A DNA stretch of 64,000 nucleotides, taken from contig NC_087245.1 of NCBI RefSeq assembly GCF_037042905.1, positions 34,784,001 through 34,848,000 on the forward strand. The letters run 5' to 3'. Below, piece after piece: positions 38,917-52,684 of the stretch. The notes beneath the pieces are model-generated. The model searched no databases. It worked only from the letters and a program-made list of their open reading frames with translations, and was not told the origin of the DNA. The stretch is from Lytechinus pictus (lineage: Eukaryota). A program made the translations under genes and the position numbers. Numbering within the stretch: the stretch's first letter is position 1; each line of letters begins with the position of its first letter.

Positions 38917-41900
38917 GTATGAACATTATCCCTCATTTACCATCTTTCTCATCTTTTGCACCCCCCCCTCCCATGGAAAAAAAAGCTTTCTGTTCTTGTA
39001 GTTCTCAGTTTTTTTTTTTTTTTCTATTTGGCATCTTCTGTCTCTGCTGTTCTTCCCTACCATTATAATCCTTTTCTTCTGACATTCCTCACACTTCAGT
39101 AGTATTCTTTCTAAATGATCAGGACCACTAATACAAAGCTTTAGCCTTGAATATATTAAGCCTCTTTTGTATGCTTCATAACATTGATCAGTTTACGCAA
39201 ATGATTACACAAATCAACTGTATGATCGATCGCTGTGCCACAAAGCCCTGATCAGCTGTAGCATATGGCATTCCATCTAGGTTTAATAGATCTCTCTATC
39301 ATTTATAGATTAACTTTTTGTTTTTCTCTGCATGCTTTTAGAGAACTGAGGAATGCAATGTAGCTTTTATGCACATTCAAGTCTTTGTGCACTTCTCCAA
39401 TCCTAGCTCTTATTCAAATTTTTGGAGTTAAAGTTACATTTTGTTAATAGTGCATGTATTTTTGTAATGGAGTAGTAAACATGTAGATTATTTTAGGTGT
39501 GGACGTGTGTATTGGAGGTTCATCGTGTAAGGGTTCTGTTTTGTGAGCCGGATATGAATGACAAGTTACTGTTCATACATTTTGAAATTGTGTTGTTTGA
39601 GTGGGTGAGAGCAAACTTGTCATCGCAATATAACATCTATTGTTGGTAACAGGTTTTATAAAACAAGCCTTTAATACTAGACACCTGCAGAAACAATAGT
39701 CCCATGGGTGTGTGTTGAAAATTTGTGATGCTGCAAAATGAAGAGTGAAATTTTTGTAAACATTTTGTAAAAGAACTGTAAACATCTTGATATGATAAAA
39801 AAATCAAGTACTCTTCTCATCCCTCATCTGATTCATGTGACCCTTTTTGCTGTTTGTTTTTTATACCCCCGCCTAGCAACGGGTCGGGATGTATTGTGGT
39901 ATCACGCTCCGGTGTCAAAAGGTCAAAGGTCAAGGTCACACTGACATGTTTTCATCTTACCCTTCTGAAGTCCTTGTAAACGTGATAACTTCGGTTTAAC
40001 TTAACCTAGGCTCATAGAATTTGGTGTGTATGATACTAGCATAGATCCCAGGAATTCTATCGATTTTGAGGTCAGAAGGACAAAGGTGAAGTCACCAGCT
40101 TCCACTTTTTTTGCTTGACCAATAACTCCATTTTCCAAGTTACAGGCAGGTGTATTATGTGCTCGCCTTAGCGACACTCTTGTTCTTTTAATGTATACCA
40201 AATAACAGCTCAAAATACTGTAAGAAATCATAAGTGCAAGAAATACAAGTCATTCAGAATACAGTACCGGGTATGTTTGTTTTGTTGAGTGTGATGCAAT
40301 GTGTGTGACTCAATCACTATGCTAGGAGCTCTGTATGGCCCGTTTCATAAAGAGTTACAACTATTTTAACTTGCTATTATAATAGCAAATACCATGGTAA
40401 CCTGGCTCGGTTTTCATGATAGTTACAATAATGCCAAAGTTACAATAGTTTTAAGTCTTTATGAAACTTGTCCCTAGTTTGTCTTTAAAAAAAAACTTGC
40501 AGCTTTAGAACAATGCAATTGACCCAAAAAAATGTAGCTATCAGTAAGTGCACTATTCTGAATAATGAATGAGACTTATTTATTTAAAACGATTTATTTC
40601 AACAAGGGTATCTATAGCGGCTGAAAAGCCGAATTGCATTACCCTTTACAATCATTTACATAAAAATACAATCAATATCAAATAAAAAAACTCAATTTAC
40701 ACAAATTCTACATCATAAGAAATATCAAAACACATAGAAAGGTTGTTTATCATGTTGGGGGTGCATGTATTAAATTACGACATTCATCCCCATCATGATA
40801 AACCAAAATTGAAAATACATGCGGCCAAATAACATAAAAACAATGAATTCTGTCGAACCAGAAATTAGCACGGAAGAGATGGGAATAAATAAAAGAAAAA
40901 AAAGAGGAAGAGAGAGAGAGAAAGTGTGTGTGTGAGAGAGTGTAACAATTAGAATTTCTACAATCATAGATCCTGGTAGATTTGAATGATTCAGTATAAG
41001 GTGTACAATATTTTAGTAAACTGGCCGCAAGAGACGAAACATACAACAATCCATAAATACACTTATAATATCACGATATAAATTAACTGATAAATTAATA
41101 CTGATAGTACATGCATTTAGAGATAAAATGACAATTAAACATATTGGAATGTACACATGAAATCAAGACTCAAACATGTGGACAAGATGGTATGCATCAC
41201 TGCTACAACTCATTCTACAGTAGACACAGCTTCCTCCTATACGGCGTCAACGCAACATTTGCTGCTGGTGGTGGAAAATAATATTTCTTCTTTTCATCTT
41301 AGGTTGGTGGATTTGATATTAACTATAAAACCCTCTCCTTACGCTTTCTGCATTCATCCAATTTCTAGATCTATAGAAATTTACAATTTGATTAGTTTCA
41401 TAATTTTTTGTCCTATTCTCATTGGTGATGGGAGGAGGTTAGAAGTGTAGAAGCTGTAGTACTCATCTAATGTAGTTTTGATAAAGATACACGTATCGGT
41501 CACTTGTATATAGACACTTGTATGTAGTGCAAATTACAAAAAAAAAAAAAATAAATAAAAAATAATAATGAATAATCAAATTTTGTTAAACCAGTAGACG
41601 AAATAGTTTTAAGGAGCATGTTACTCTAATAGTAGTAAATTTTCTTATGTTTGAGGCTAATTTCGAGGCTTAAAATGAAAAGCAATGTTAACGAAATTAT
41701 CAAATCTGCCATCCCCCAATCAGTTACATCGGGAGGAGAGACCTGCGGGTCACAGTGATTTTGTTTGCTTTTCGCCTCCCAGGCACAGGTGATGCTAAAT
41801 GAAATAATGATAATGAATTTATGTCAATGTTGTTTTTAGCGGAATAAACCAAGATTGAAAATCTATAGCTGATTTCAAATACATGTACGATAAACCGATG

Positions 41901-42225
41901 TATCATCTATCACATTTAATGAAGAAACATATACTATTAATAAGAAGAAGGGGGGGGGGAACAGACTGCATATATTCAACAATAAGACCTTGATAAAGTG
42001 GGGAAATGCAGGTACTTTGCTGAAATTTGATTGGAATGATACATTCTTCTTGATAAAAAGAAGCTAATTTTTATGGCAAATACATGCATAGAAAGTTTTC
42101 TTAAGGAATTACTTTATTGTCCATAGGCTAAGTAGGATACTGCACTTCTGGAGGAGTGGGCATTTCCATAAATTCTTGGACAATATAGTCACATGACCAC
42201 TTCCTTCATCAATATTAATCCTTAG

Positions 42226-42556
42226 GAAACCATCTCCGGTTCCTGAGCAAATGATCCTCAGTCCGTTCCCGGACAACATGGGCATAGAGGAGTCTAGTGT
42301 CAATCGGGATAATGAAGATTTTGCCGACCGCCATCGTTTCCACCACTCATCCGTCGTCGAGGGCAACAACTTGGTTGATGACCAGCCCTTGTCTGCCGTT
42401 CAGGCCATCGGTGGTGAATCGGAGGAGGAGTTCTCTCCTCAAGATAGTCTTCCACATTTACCACATACAAAGAGGCATTTAGAAATATTGAAAAAGGGTG
42501 GCGAGAGTCAACCTTTACTCATAGAGACAGATAAAGTATATAAACCCAGCATGTGA
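42226..42556 (+). CDS. SLC12A8: SLC12A8 alternative last exon A (KPSPVPEQMILSP...DNEDFADRHRFHHSSVV...ESQPLLIETDKVYKPSM*)
   Basis: ccttag| acceptor, phase 2 compatible, carries the SLC12A8 C-terminal EQxIL and NxDFAxRxR[YF]HHSS motifs, open to TGA. Confidence 0.85.
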
Positions 42557-43659
42557 TCTGTTTATTCTTATTTTTGTTTCATTTTTTGTTTTTTTTAATG
42601 CTTATTTAAAGTTTACTTGATTACTACTTTTACTAGTACATGTATTGCTCCACATGAATATAGATTTATCTGCTATTGAAAAAGTGGACAGCATCCACAA
42701 GAATTTTCCTGAAAAGCGGCACCCTAAACTATGATTCAAGAGCATGCCGTTATTAAAGACAACCTAATCACATATCTTGTGCGAGTGTCCTTGTTTTACA
42801 CCTCTTAAAAAGGAATTTCATGTAATTTGGACATACAAGTATATGACTGTTTGATATAGCAATGGGGTTCAGATTTGAGATGTGAGGTTGGGTTTGCAGT
42901 CAACTTTTCATCAGGGTTTTATTGAGGTGGCATAAATGATTTCCATCCTCAAGTCAGTGCAAATTACATACCGTTTTGTTTAGTTTATCGTAATTTAAGG
43001 GCTTTTTACTAATTTTGGGTATTTGTAACACTTTATTTGTGTTGTGTGCATCCCACCCCCCCCCCCCAAAAAAAAAAAAAAAATAAAGCAATATATATTT
43101 CATAAATAAATGAATAAGAAATATATTAATCAATCAAAAAAAAAGATTAAAATGACCCTGAATTTTTTTTTTTTTTAATGTTGTCCACTCTTCATTGGCA
43201 GTGACCCCTTTGGCCATGGGCTACATCCTGTCATTTGACGCTATGGGCTAAAATTTGCCCATGGGGTAAGGTGAATCAAATCATGTGATGCATTATTTTA
43301 TATTAAATTAAACCGACCATCTTGAATCTGCGCCATCAAGCTTTGAGTCAGTCTGTTTTTAGGAAAAGGGTGAAAATCTGTCAGTCTATTCATTTCATGA
43401 AATTATTGACTTAAATATGTACATTGTAAGATAAGATTTGAAGTTTCCATTGATATCAAAATCTTATGAAAAATGTTTAGAGTTATACTGCTAAACCTGA
43501 AGTGAATTTGTCAATGTGTGATGCTTTAAAGTTATTTAGTATTTGATATGAAAAAAAAATGAAAATCCATGTTTCATTGTTTAAAATGAAATCTGAAGTA
43601 GAAATACTACTGTGTAGCACCAGAATGACGTAGCTCTATCCCTTGAATTGTTGAACTTC

Positions 43660-43760
43660 AAACAGGGTAGCAGCAACTCCCTTCTTTTAACGTCTTTTGG
43701 TCTGACGTTGCCGAGCTTGAATTCCTGACCCCCCGGTTGTGAGACGGACGCTCTAACATC
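43660..43760 (-). mobile_element. tRNA-SINE fragment
   Basis: Minus strand gttagagcgtccgtctcacaacc...cgtcagaccaaaagacgttaaaagaagggagttgctgctaccctg; similar to 29945-29994. Confidence 0.55.
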
Positions 43761-46700
43761 CCGGTTGGGTCAGACATGTTTTGTCAACTTTATTGATGAA
43801 AATTTATTTGTCAATAGGGCACGACTAGGACCCTGTTTCGTGAAGCTTGTTCTCAATTGCAAATCTTAAAATTCCTTGACATATTTCGTCTTATTGAATC
43901 ATGTTTTTGTAGTTAAGTATAGTTACCTCATTGATGAAAGGTTATATTAAACAAGGAAGGACCATATACCGAAATAGTATATTTTTGTACGTATACATGT
44001 TACATGTGTGAGTTGGTTTTAATTCAGTCTGAGAATTGATGAAAAATGTATTCCGCTTTTTCAGCCTATTTCCATTATTCAGGTGGCTAGATATTTCTGA
44101 AATAAAAATTTCTAGAACTTGCTTTTAGAATATATAATAAAATGATTTAGTGATATTTTACATATATTGTGCATGATCATATTCCTTCATAATTAAGAAA
44201 AGCTACATGTTCAAATATTATACAAGGGGTCTTGGCCTGTAGAAAGTTGGTGGTATCACAGTCATTGTTTTTATTTACATGTAGCCCCATCAGTAATTTA
44301 AATATTGTTTACATTGGTGGCCTATATTACATAACAACATTGAAATACAACACGATACTTTAGTGGTATAAGCCATTGGAACTTAACAACTGAGGCAGTA
44401 TTCAAACTTGGATTTGTTTCTAATTTCATATCCAGTTCAACATTTGGCTTTCTACTTTAGTCAGCCAAATAATGCCCAACGAATGTGTTGCACCAATTTA
44501 AGCGCTACTCTGTACAACTCAAGATTTCTGCATATTTAAAAACTAGATTTTTTTTCTTTATGAGAGATGTCTCAATAATAGGATAGAGAATTAGGTTTAA
44601 AAAAAAACCAATTTCATTAATGGTATAACCAATTCAGCCAAGTATTTTGTATGAGCCAAATTCTAACTAAAATATGGATTCATTTTTCTGACTGAACTAT
44701 TGAATTGAATGTTGATCCTATATCAGTCTTAGAAGGGCACACTTGCCATCACTAATGTCATTTTTGAAGGGTACCATTTTTGGCAATATTACTAGATTCC
44801 AGGGTTCATGGTGACAGTATTTATTGGAATTCTGTATTGTATTTTACAGCCTTTCTTTTTCTCTTTGGTCAGAATAGCGCCATAAAATAAATTCAGATAT
44901 TAATAATAATATACGGTTTGTAATGTTTTAGGCGCGATATCCATCTCGTCAGAGATGCTCAAGGCGCACAAGTGAAGGGGGAGGGGGCAAACAAACTGGC
45001 AAGTAACAGAAAGTCATTGATAAAATGAGTTAAAGAGGTAAGTTTTTCTATTCAAATCAATTTTAAAGCCCTTTACTGTTCAGGAATAGACTATCATTTC
45101 ATGGACAATTGTCCCATTTGGAATAGTGATATAAGAAGAATCATACATCTAAGGAAGTTCATTTGCATAATAAAAACATTCCAGGAGAGTGCTTCATCAA
45201 CATTTTCATCCGACAAGTTGTCAGATCTGACATCTTTATCTGATGTTGATTGGCTGAGAGGTACTGTTACTATGGTAACTGTCGGATAAAATGGGACTTG
45301 TCGGATAAAACGTCCGACAAGTCCCTTCATGAAACGCCCCCCCCCCAGAATGTCTTAGTTAAGCTTTGGTATGTAGGCATTAGGCAGAGTAATGATTGGT
45401 ATTTGTATAATTTACAATGATTCTTGGTAGACATAGGGCCTGCTGGCTGCAGTGGAAAAGGACAATATAGGATTAGCTATTTTGTTTACATTGTTAATTT
45501 CACTGAGGTGATTCAAGAGTCTTCTAGAATTGAACTGCTCTAGAAAGGAGAATGTTCTTTTTAAAGACAATACTTTAGTATGCTTTCAGAATAGTGGAAA
45601 CTTAAGCTGGCAGTTTCTACATCACCAGACTTTATGTCAGAGCATAGTTTATTTCCAACTGGAATACAACATTTATCTTCTGTGGAATTATTTGCACACC
45701 ATCAATGAACTGTTTGCAGTTATTTTGAGAGAGGAATTCTCAGTTCTCATCGAGGTCATCAACCTGTTTTAATGAACCCTTTCAACCCATGGATTGCTGA
45801 AATCGACTGTTTATCATCACCAACTTTGTCTTCACGGACATTTCAACTCAGTACAGTGACTCTTATTATTCGTTGTGTTTCAACATCAATTTCTTCATCG
45901 CCAGCATTGTGGGCATTAATTTGAGGAACCTTTGCCAGCCAACTTGAATATGTATATCATTTGGAAATTTGTGGACTAACCAGAACTGACACTTCAAGAG
46001 ATATATGTGTAAATAATTAAAAAGTAAAAATAATCTAATCAAAATTTTCTTTATTTGTTCGGTATTCATTATCGCAACAATTTTGATATATTTTTTATTA
46101 TTTTTTTTTAAAGCAAAATTTTAATTCAAAACACAACTTAAGATAGCAAAAAAAATATGTGTGAAAATAAAAATGATTTAATTACTAATGACAGGAATGG
46201 ATCCAGGATTTATCGGGGGAACACTTCCCCGACTTCCCCCTAAACTAAGAAGTAAATAAATAAAGCACACTTTTTGACAAGCAAAAAGTAATCTGATTTT
46301 CATTCTCATATTTATTGTTCATAATGGGATGTATTTAATCTACTTAGGGTTGTATGTGATCTTTTGCAATAAAGGTTGCAAGTATTCATTCTTTCGTTGT
46401 TAATCCTAAATTATAATGCTCACTTTTTTGGGGGGGAATTACATGTAAATTGTAATTTAAAATATTTATAACTTGATTTCTAATGTATTTATTTGAAAAT
46501 CTATTTATTCATAAACCAGAATAAAATTAGCAACAAGGTATCAATTTCTTTCAATTTTGTTCTTCCCATTACAATCAAGTTTAAATCATTTTTTTATCAC
46601 TATATGTTAAATCACCTTCTTCACTTCTGATGTACATCAAGTTAAAATTGCCATGTGATTACTTTCCCTTTTCTGAGGTTTGAAATTACTGATTTTAATC

Positions 46701-48250
46701 CTCAAATTGGTAACAACTACATGTATAAAATAACAAAATAAATACCCAGTTACATAATTTGAAGGAAAAAAAATGTGGATATAATACAAACTTATGAACA
46801 ACATTTTCAAGATTCTATTAAAAGGCCACAAATCTTGCATTTTTGATTTTTGAAATAATGATTTTGTTGTTGTGTTGCCAAATTATAGAGTGTGATGATT
46901 GGCATCAGTTGAATAGGTATGCCAATTGTGGTAACGATCTCGAAATGAATATGAACAGAATCCAATAAAAATGACCACCCTAGTTTTTAATGTATGAAAT
47001 AAAAATATGTGCCAAGTTCTCTGAAAGAAAATGTGTAATTGCTGAGAAATAAGCAAAATAAACATTGAATTCCATCAAATATCAGGTATTTTGCCAAGTA
47101 ATATTAATTAACTTTCCCACATATTGTTAGTGATCCTAAGTGTTGTCAGTTTTGAGCTAAGATTTCATGATTTCACAAAGATAAGTTCATATTACTGTAC
47201 CAGCTTTAGATGTATGATAATGGACAAATGGCCTTGATTTTAAAAACTTTTTCATGAAATAATGGTTTGCTGCAACTACATTTTTTTTACCTTTAAAAAG
47301 CTTCTTTCACTCGAAATGTTATTCCTTTGTTTTTAAAGTACATTTTTGTCCTTCTACCACATTCCATGTACATCCGTGCCTTGCTAGTATTGAGAATAAA
47401 AAGAAGCTGCAAAAGTATTTCATTGAGAATTTTTACCTCTATCTATGAATGAAACATATTACTTGAGGTATTTATATTGGGAATGATGTGCAGTACATAT
47501 TTGAAACTGAAATTACTTATGTGATTTGTACAGAACTAAGAAGATGTATTATTTATTTTATTACATTGTCCTTTTATTGTGTCAAACCAAAAATACATAT
47601 TTGTATATCAAGTATTCCTAAATTATACATTGCATTACATGTGTATATTCTTTTTGAAGATTGTATATTTCAATCAAATTCATACATGTAGTAATTTATT
47701 CATGTTTACATGTTAAAGTTGTGACTTGTAATTCGGTATATTGGACTGATTAAAATTCTGATATATGATCATAAACAATGAAAGTAATTATTTCTCGTAG
47801 ATCTATTAAAAAAAACCAATATCATACCATTATAAGTATGTTGTTGGCCTTGTGCAAATTAAACACACTGATATTCATAAACATTTTAATTTGGCATAGA
47901 TGTAGATAATCTTTCATTATGAATGATAGTCTGATTGTGCACTAATTGGAGGGTTGACCGGACTGGGAAATACTGGTAAATACCTCCGCAATATTTTTTT
48001 TAAAGGAAAATGGGAAATAGTTGGAAATTCAGGGAAATACTACAAAATGTTTTTTCTAATATTTTCCAGTGTTTCTTGAGTATATTAGCATTCATCTTTC
48101 CAGCATTTACGAGTTTCTCCCAGTATTTTCTACCTGGAGAGGAGGCACATGTACCTCATTCAATTCCCAAGAGAATGCCAGTCCTGACTGGATTATTTCC
48201 ATAATTTAAAGTTGTAGGGAAACTTAGCATGTTTGTGTCATATTATTGTA

Positions 48251-48412
48251 CAGGTAACTCTGCCCAAGTCCAATCTTTTGGGACCGCATAAATCTGATCG
48301 ACTTCGATGAAATTTGATTTAAAAGAGGTGTATAACACATGTTTTGGATAATATGGTAAAAAAAATTTGCTTTGACTAATAGGCAAATATTCGACTTAGG
48401 CTGAGTTACCTG
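48251..48412. mobile_element. Tc1/mariner(pogo)-like MITE, TA TSD
   Basis: ta|caggtaactctgcccaagtc ... gacttaggctgagttacctg|ta. Confidence 0.75.
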
Positions 48413-48947
48413 TATTTTACTTTACAAGTTCTGACCATGAACTTCATTGTCATGTTCAATTCAATTGAATTTTGATTTATTAGATATAAAACATATATAT
48501 ACAAACAATACAATGCTGTAGTCCGAAGACTAATTGTGCAATGTTTACATTGAAATATTATTTGCATTCGAAGATTGTATGTACACTTCAAATTATTTCA
48601 CACTTAATGAGGAAACAGTTGGTTGATTGAGACATGCATAAGTGAGATTTTATTAGATGATACCAGCCTGGGATTCTGATAGTTGTGTATAGAAAAAAAA
48701 TGTTTTAAAGTTAAAACATGTAACAAAAAGGTCAGAAATATAACTCAGATTTGATATGAAGTTATGAAATACAGATTTGGAATCAAGTTATTGCAACAGA
48801 ATTGATCATAGTTAATAGAAAATTTATATAAAAAACAAAACCTTTGAGATATGAAATCCATTCATAATAGAACGGAGATTGCTTTGAGATATGTGGTCTA
48901 GGCTGGTAAAATAATGAATAGTAATTCTTAAGAAAAATCAAGATTTG

Positions 48948-49915
48948 AAGTGATGGTCCAGGCTGGAAAAATTTGTATCTCATTAAGTAGAGTAAAATCC
49001 ATGGAGCAAAATTCTGAAAATTTGATCAAAATCGGATAACAAGTAACAAAGTTATTGAATTTAATGATTTGCATCATTCTGGTGAAACAGTTCTACATGT
49101 AGGCATGTTTTTATGAATATTCATTAGGTGGGCTGATGATGCCATATCCCCACTTATTCTATTGTATTTTATTATATGATATTAAGTTTATTCAAAATTT
49201 TTCTACCAAGAACTCAAACAGTTGGATTGACAACTGATTAAGTGCATTAGTTATTCATTGCCGCAACTTATGTCATCATAATTACACATGTATGAAAAAA
49301 TGAAACATTTATGATTTCCTGTAATAACATAAGAAAAGGAAAGTTGGGGATGTGACATCATCAGCCCACCTTATTAATATTCATGAAAATGTGCATATTA
49401 CTGTTTCCTCAAAATCGGATAACAAGTAACAAAGTTATTGAATTTAATGATTTGCATCATTCTGGTGAAACAGTTCTACATGTAGGCATGTTTTTATGAA
49501 TATTCATTAGGTGGGCTGATGATGCCATATCCCCACTTATTCTATTGTATTTTATTATATGATATTAAGTTTATTCAAAATTTTTCTACCAAGAACTCAA
49601 ACAGTTGGATTGACAACTGATTAAGTGCATTAGTTATTCATTGCCGCAACTTATGTCATCATAATTACACATGTATGAAAAAATGAAATATTTATGATTT
49701 CCTGTAATAACATAAGAAAAGGAAAGTTGGGGATGTGACATCATCAGCCCACCTTATTAATATTCATGAAAATGTGCATATTACTGTTTCCTCAAAATAT
49801 TGATAAACTTAAAAATTCAATAACTACATTATTTGTAATCTAATTTTGATGAAATTTTCAGCATTTTGCCACGTGAATTTTGTTCTATTTATTTAGATAT
49901 ATATATTTTCAGGCC
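48948..49915. mobile_element. Kolobok-like element (family of 16696-18626) containing a 383-bp tandem duplication
   Basis: gatggtccaggctggaaaa start, shared aggtgggctgatgat / atcatcagcccacct internal IR; 49027-49409 repeated at 49410-49792. Confidence 0.75.
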
Positions 49916-50044
49916 TAGTGGTTGGTCTAGTGTACCACGCACTCTAAACAGAATCACCAACATGATTTTTGCTAGTGATCATGTTGATGATCTTTTTAGA
50001 GTGCGTGGTACACTAGACCAACATGGTTATCACAGGGAATAAAT

Positions 50045-51290
50045 ATTGAAATCTTAACCAAGGTTAAGTTTTTTAAATGTTGTCATAACTTTGAAAGTAT
50101 ATGGACCTAGTTCATAAAACTTAGACATAAGGGTGATAGTGTATCGCTGAAGATCCTGCCTGAGTTTTAGGTCACATGATTAAGGTCAAAGGTCACTTAG
50201 GGTCAACGAACTTTGGCCATATTGGGGGAATTTGAAGGATTGTCATAACTTTGAAATTTTATGTATCTAGTTCATGAAACTTGGACATAAGAGCAATGAA
50301 GTATCCTTGAACATCCTGTGCTAATTTCAGGTCACATGACTAAGGTCAAAGGTCCTTTGGGGTCAACAAACTTTGGTAATGTTGGGGGTATTTGTGGAAT
50401 TGTCATAACTTTAAAAGTCTATGGATCTAGTTCATGGAACTTGGACATAAGAGCGGCAATGTATCCCTGAATACCCTGTGTGCGTTTTAGGAACATGGCC
50501 AAGATCAAAGGTCATTTAAAGGTCAATGAACTCTGGCCGTGTTGGGAGTATGTGTTGAATTGGCATCACAACTTAAGAAGTTCATAGATCTAGCTCATGA
50601 AACATCGACATAAGGGTAATCAAGTATGAATGGTTGTTCAGGGACTCAGTTTTATAATTATGAGGGGAGCAATAAAAAGCTCTCCTAAAACTTTCAAGGG
50701 GAGCATTAGCGGAGCACTACAAAAAGCTCTTCTTTGACATACAAGGGGAGCTCTCTTGTCCGATTTCAAAATGGATGGAGGAACGTACGCTAATTTACAA
50801 CCCACAACCAAAGGAGACAAACAATCAGATATAGATCTATGCAATATTAATCTCATTGAACTTTTTAATGTCATTCTTGCAAGTGTGTTTAATTGCTTAC
50901 AATATAGTTGTGTGGTATTCACACAACCTTGACAGCGAATGAAGTTTTCAAGGATGACTCGAACAGTTTGGTCATCGACTGACAATCTTGTTAAGCAATT
51001 GCTGAGGCGAGTGATAAATCGCTCTACCAAAAATGGATTAAGGAGAGCGGTAGCGAGTGATCACTCTCACTCCCCTTAAAACTGAGTCCCTGGTTGTTTT
51101 GCACATGTCTTAGGTCACATGATCATGGTCAAAGGTCATTTTTGGGTTCAAATGGATATAATATTTTATTATCATATTAGTGTTTTCTTCTGTGAATTAT
51201 TATTTATTGGCTGTTTTGAAAGGAATCACTGCTGCTATTGCTATATTGAATTGCGTAATGCAGGCGAGACTGCCAGAGGCGTTCCACTTG
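50045..51290 (+). mobile_element. HINE-like subfamily A, interrupted by 50639-51092
   Basis: Tandem cores, 3' atgcaggcgagactgccagaggcgttccacttg. Confidence 0.7.
50639..51092. mobile_element. CAGGG-ended hAT-like MITE with 16-bp perfect TIR and 6-bp TSD (gttgtt)
   Basis: gttgtt|cagggactcagtttta ... taaaactgagtccctg|gttgtt. Confidence 0.85.
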
Positions 51291-51373
51291 TATAGGAATG
51301 AATTCCACCCTCTCATCATGAAAAATTGTCAGAAGGCTTGTAAAAAGTACTTTTTAAAAGATGATACATCGTT

Positions 51374-52684
51374 TTTGTCTCGCCTGCATAGCAGAGCGAG
51401 ACTATAGGCGCCGCTTTTCCGACGGCGGCGGCGGCGTCAACATCAAATCTTAACCTAAGGTTAAGATTTTGAAATGACATCATAACTTAGAAAGTGTATG
51501 GACCTAATTCATGAAACTTGGACATAAGGTTAATCAAGTATTATTGAACATCCTGCCTGAGTTTCAGGTCACATGACTAAGGTCAAAGGTCATTTAGGGT
51601 TAATAAACTTTGACCATGTTGGGAGAATTATTTTCAAAATCTTAACCGAAGGTTAAGTTTTTGAAATGACATCATAACTTAAAAAGTATATGGACCTAGT
51701 TCATGAAACTTAGGTATAAGGTTATTCAAGTATTAGTGAACATCCTGCTCGAGTTTCAGGTCACATGACCAAGGTCAAAGGTCATTTAGGGTCAATGAAC
51801 TTTGGTCAAGTTGGGGGTATTTGTTGAATTACTATCATAACTTTGAAAATTTATGGATCTAGTTCATGAAACTTGGACATAAGGTTAATCAAGTATTAGT
51901 GAACATCCTGTTTGAGTTTCAGGTCACATGACCAAGGTCAAAGGTCATTTAGGGTCAATGAACTTTGGCCAAGTTGGGGGTATTTGTTGAATTACCTTCA
52001 TAACTTTGAAAATTTATGGATCTAGTTCATGAAACTTGGACATTAGGTTAATCAAGTACCACTGAATATCCTGTGCGAGTTTCAGGTACCATGGTCAACG
52101 GTCATTTAAGGTCAATGAACTTTGGCTGTGTTGGGGTTATTTGTTAAATTACCATCCTAACTCTGAAGGTTTATGGATCTTGTTCATAAAACTTGTACAT
52201 AAGAGTAATCGAGTATCACTGAACATCCTGTACGAGTTTCAGGTCACATGACCATGGTGAAAGGTCATTTAAGGTCAATGAACTTTGGCCGTGTTGGGGG
52301 TATTTGTTAAATTACCATCCTAACTCTGAAGGTTTATGGATCTTGTTCATAAAACTTGTACATAAGAGTAATCGAGTATCACTGAACATCCTGTACGAGT
52401 TTCAGGTCACATGACCATGGTGAAAGGTCATTTAAGGTCAATAAACTTAGGCCACGTTGGGGTAATTGTTGAATTGCCAGAGTGAATGAAATGAGGACAT
52501 GGGTGTAGTTGACAAGTCTTAAGTCACCGTTCAAATGTCATCTATGGTCAATGAACGTGGTATTATGTCATTATATGAATGGTGTTTTTGTGAATGATTA
52601 TTTTATAGTAGTTTTCAAAGTTAGCACTGCTGCTCTATTAAATAGTGTAATGCAGGCGAGACTGCCAGAGGCGTTCCACTTGTT
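51374..52684 (+). mobile_element. Complete HINE-like subfamily A element with long core-repeat array
   Basis: ttttgtctcgcctgcatagcagagcgagac 5' subTIR/IR, (GGC)n, tandem cores, 3' atgcaggcgagac subTIR then tgccagaggcgttccacttgtt; T-rich insertion site. Confidence 0.8.

Noticed and set aside
42400..42430. Internal donor in exon A letting A and B splice in series
   Set aside because: The GT candidates here (GTGGTG/GTGAAT) are phase 1 and weak, while exon B needs phase 2.
50638..51030. 130-aa minus ORF as a transposase
   Set aside because: Lies within a 454-bp MITE and shows no DDE or other recognisable motif.
51374..52684. Regularly spaced repeats resembling a CRISPR array
   Set aside because: Whole units are homologous with no unique spacers, there are no cas genes and the context is eukaryotic; these are HINE core repeats.
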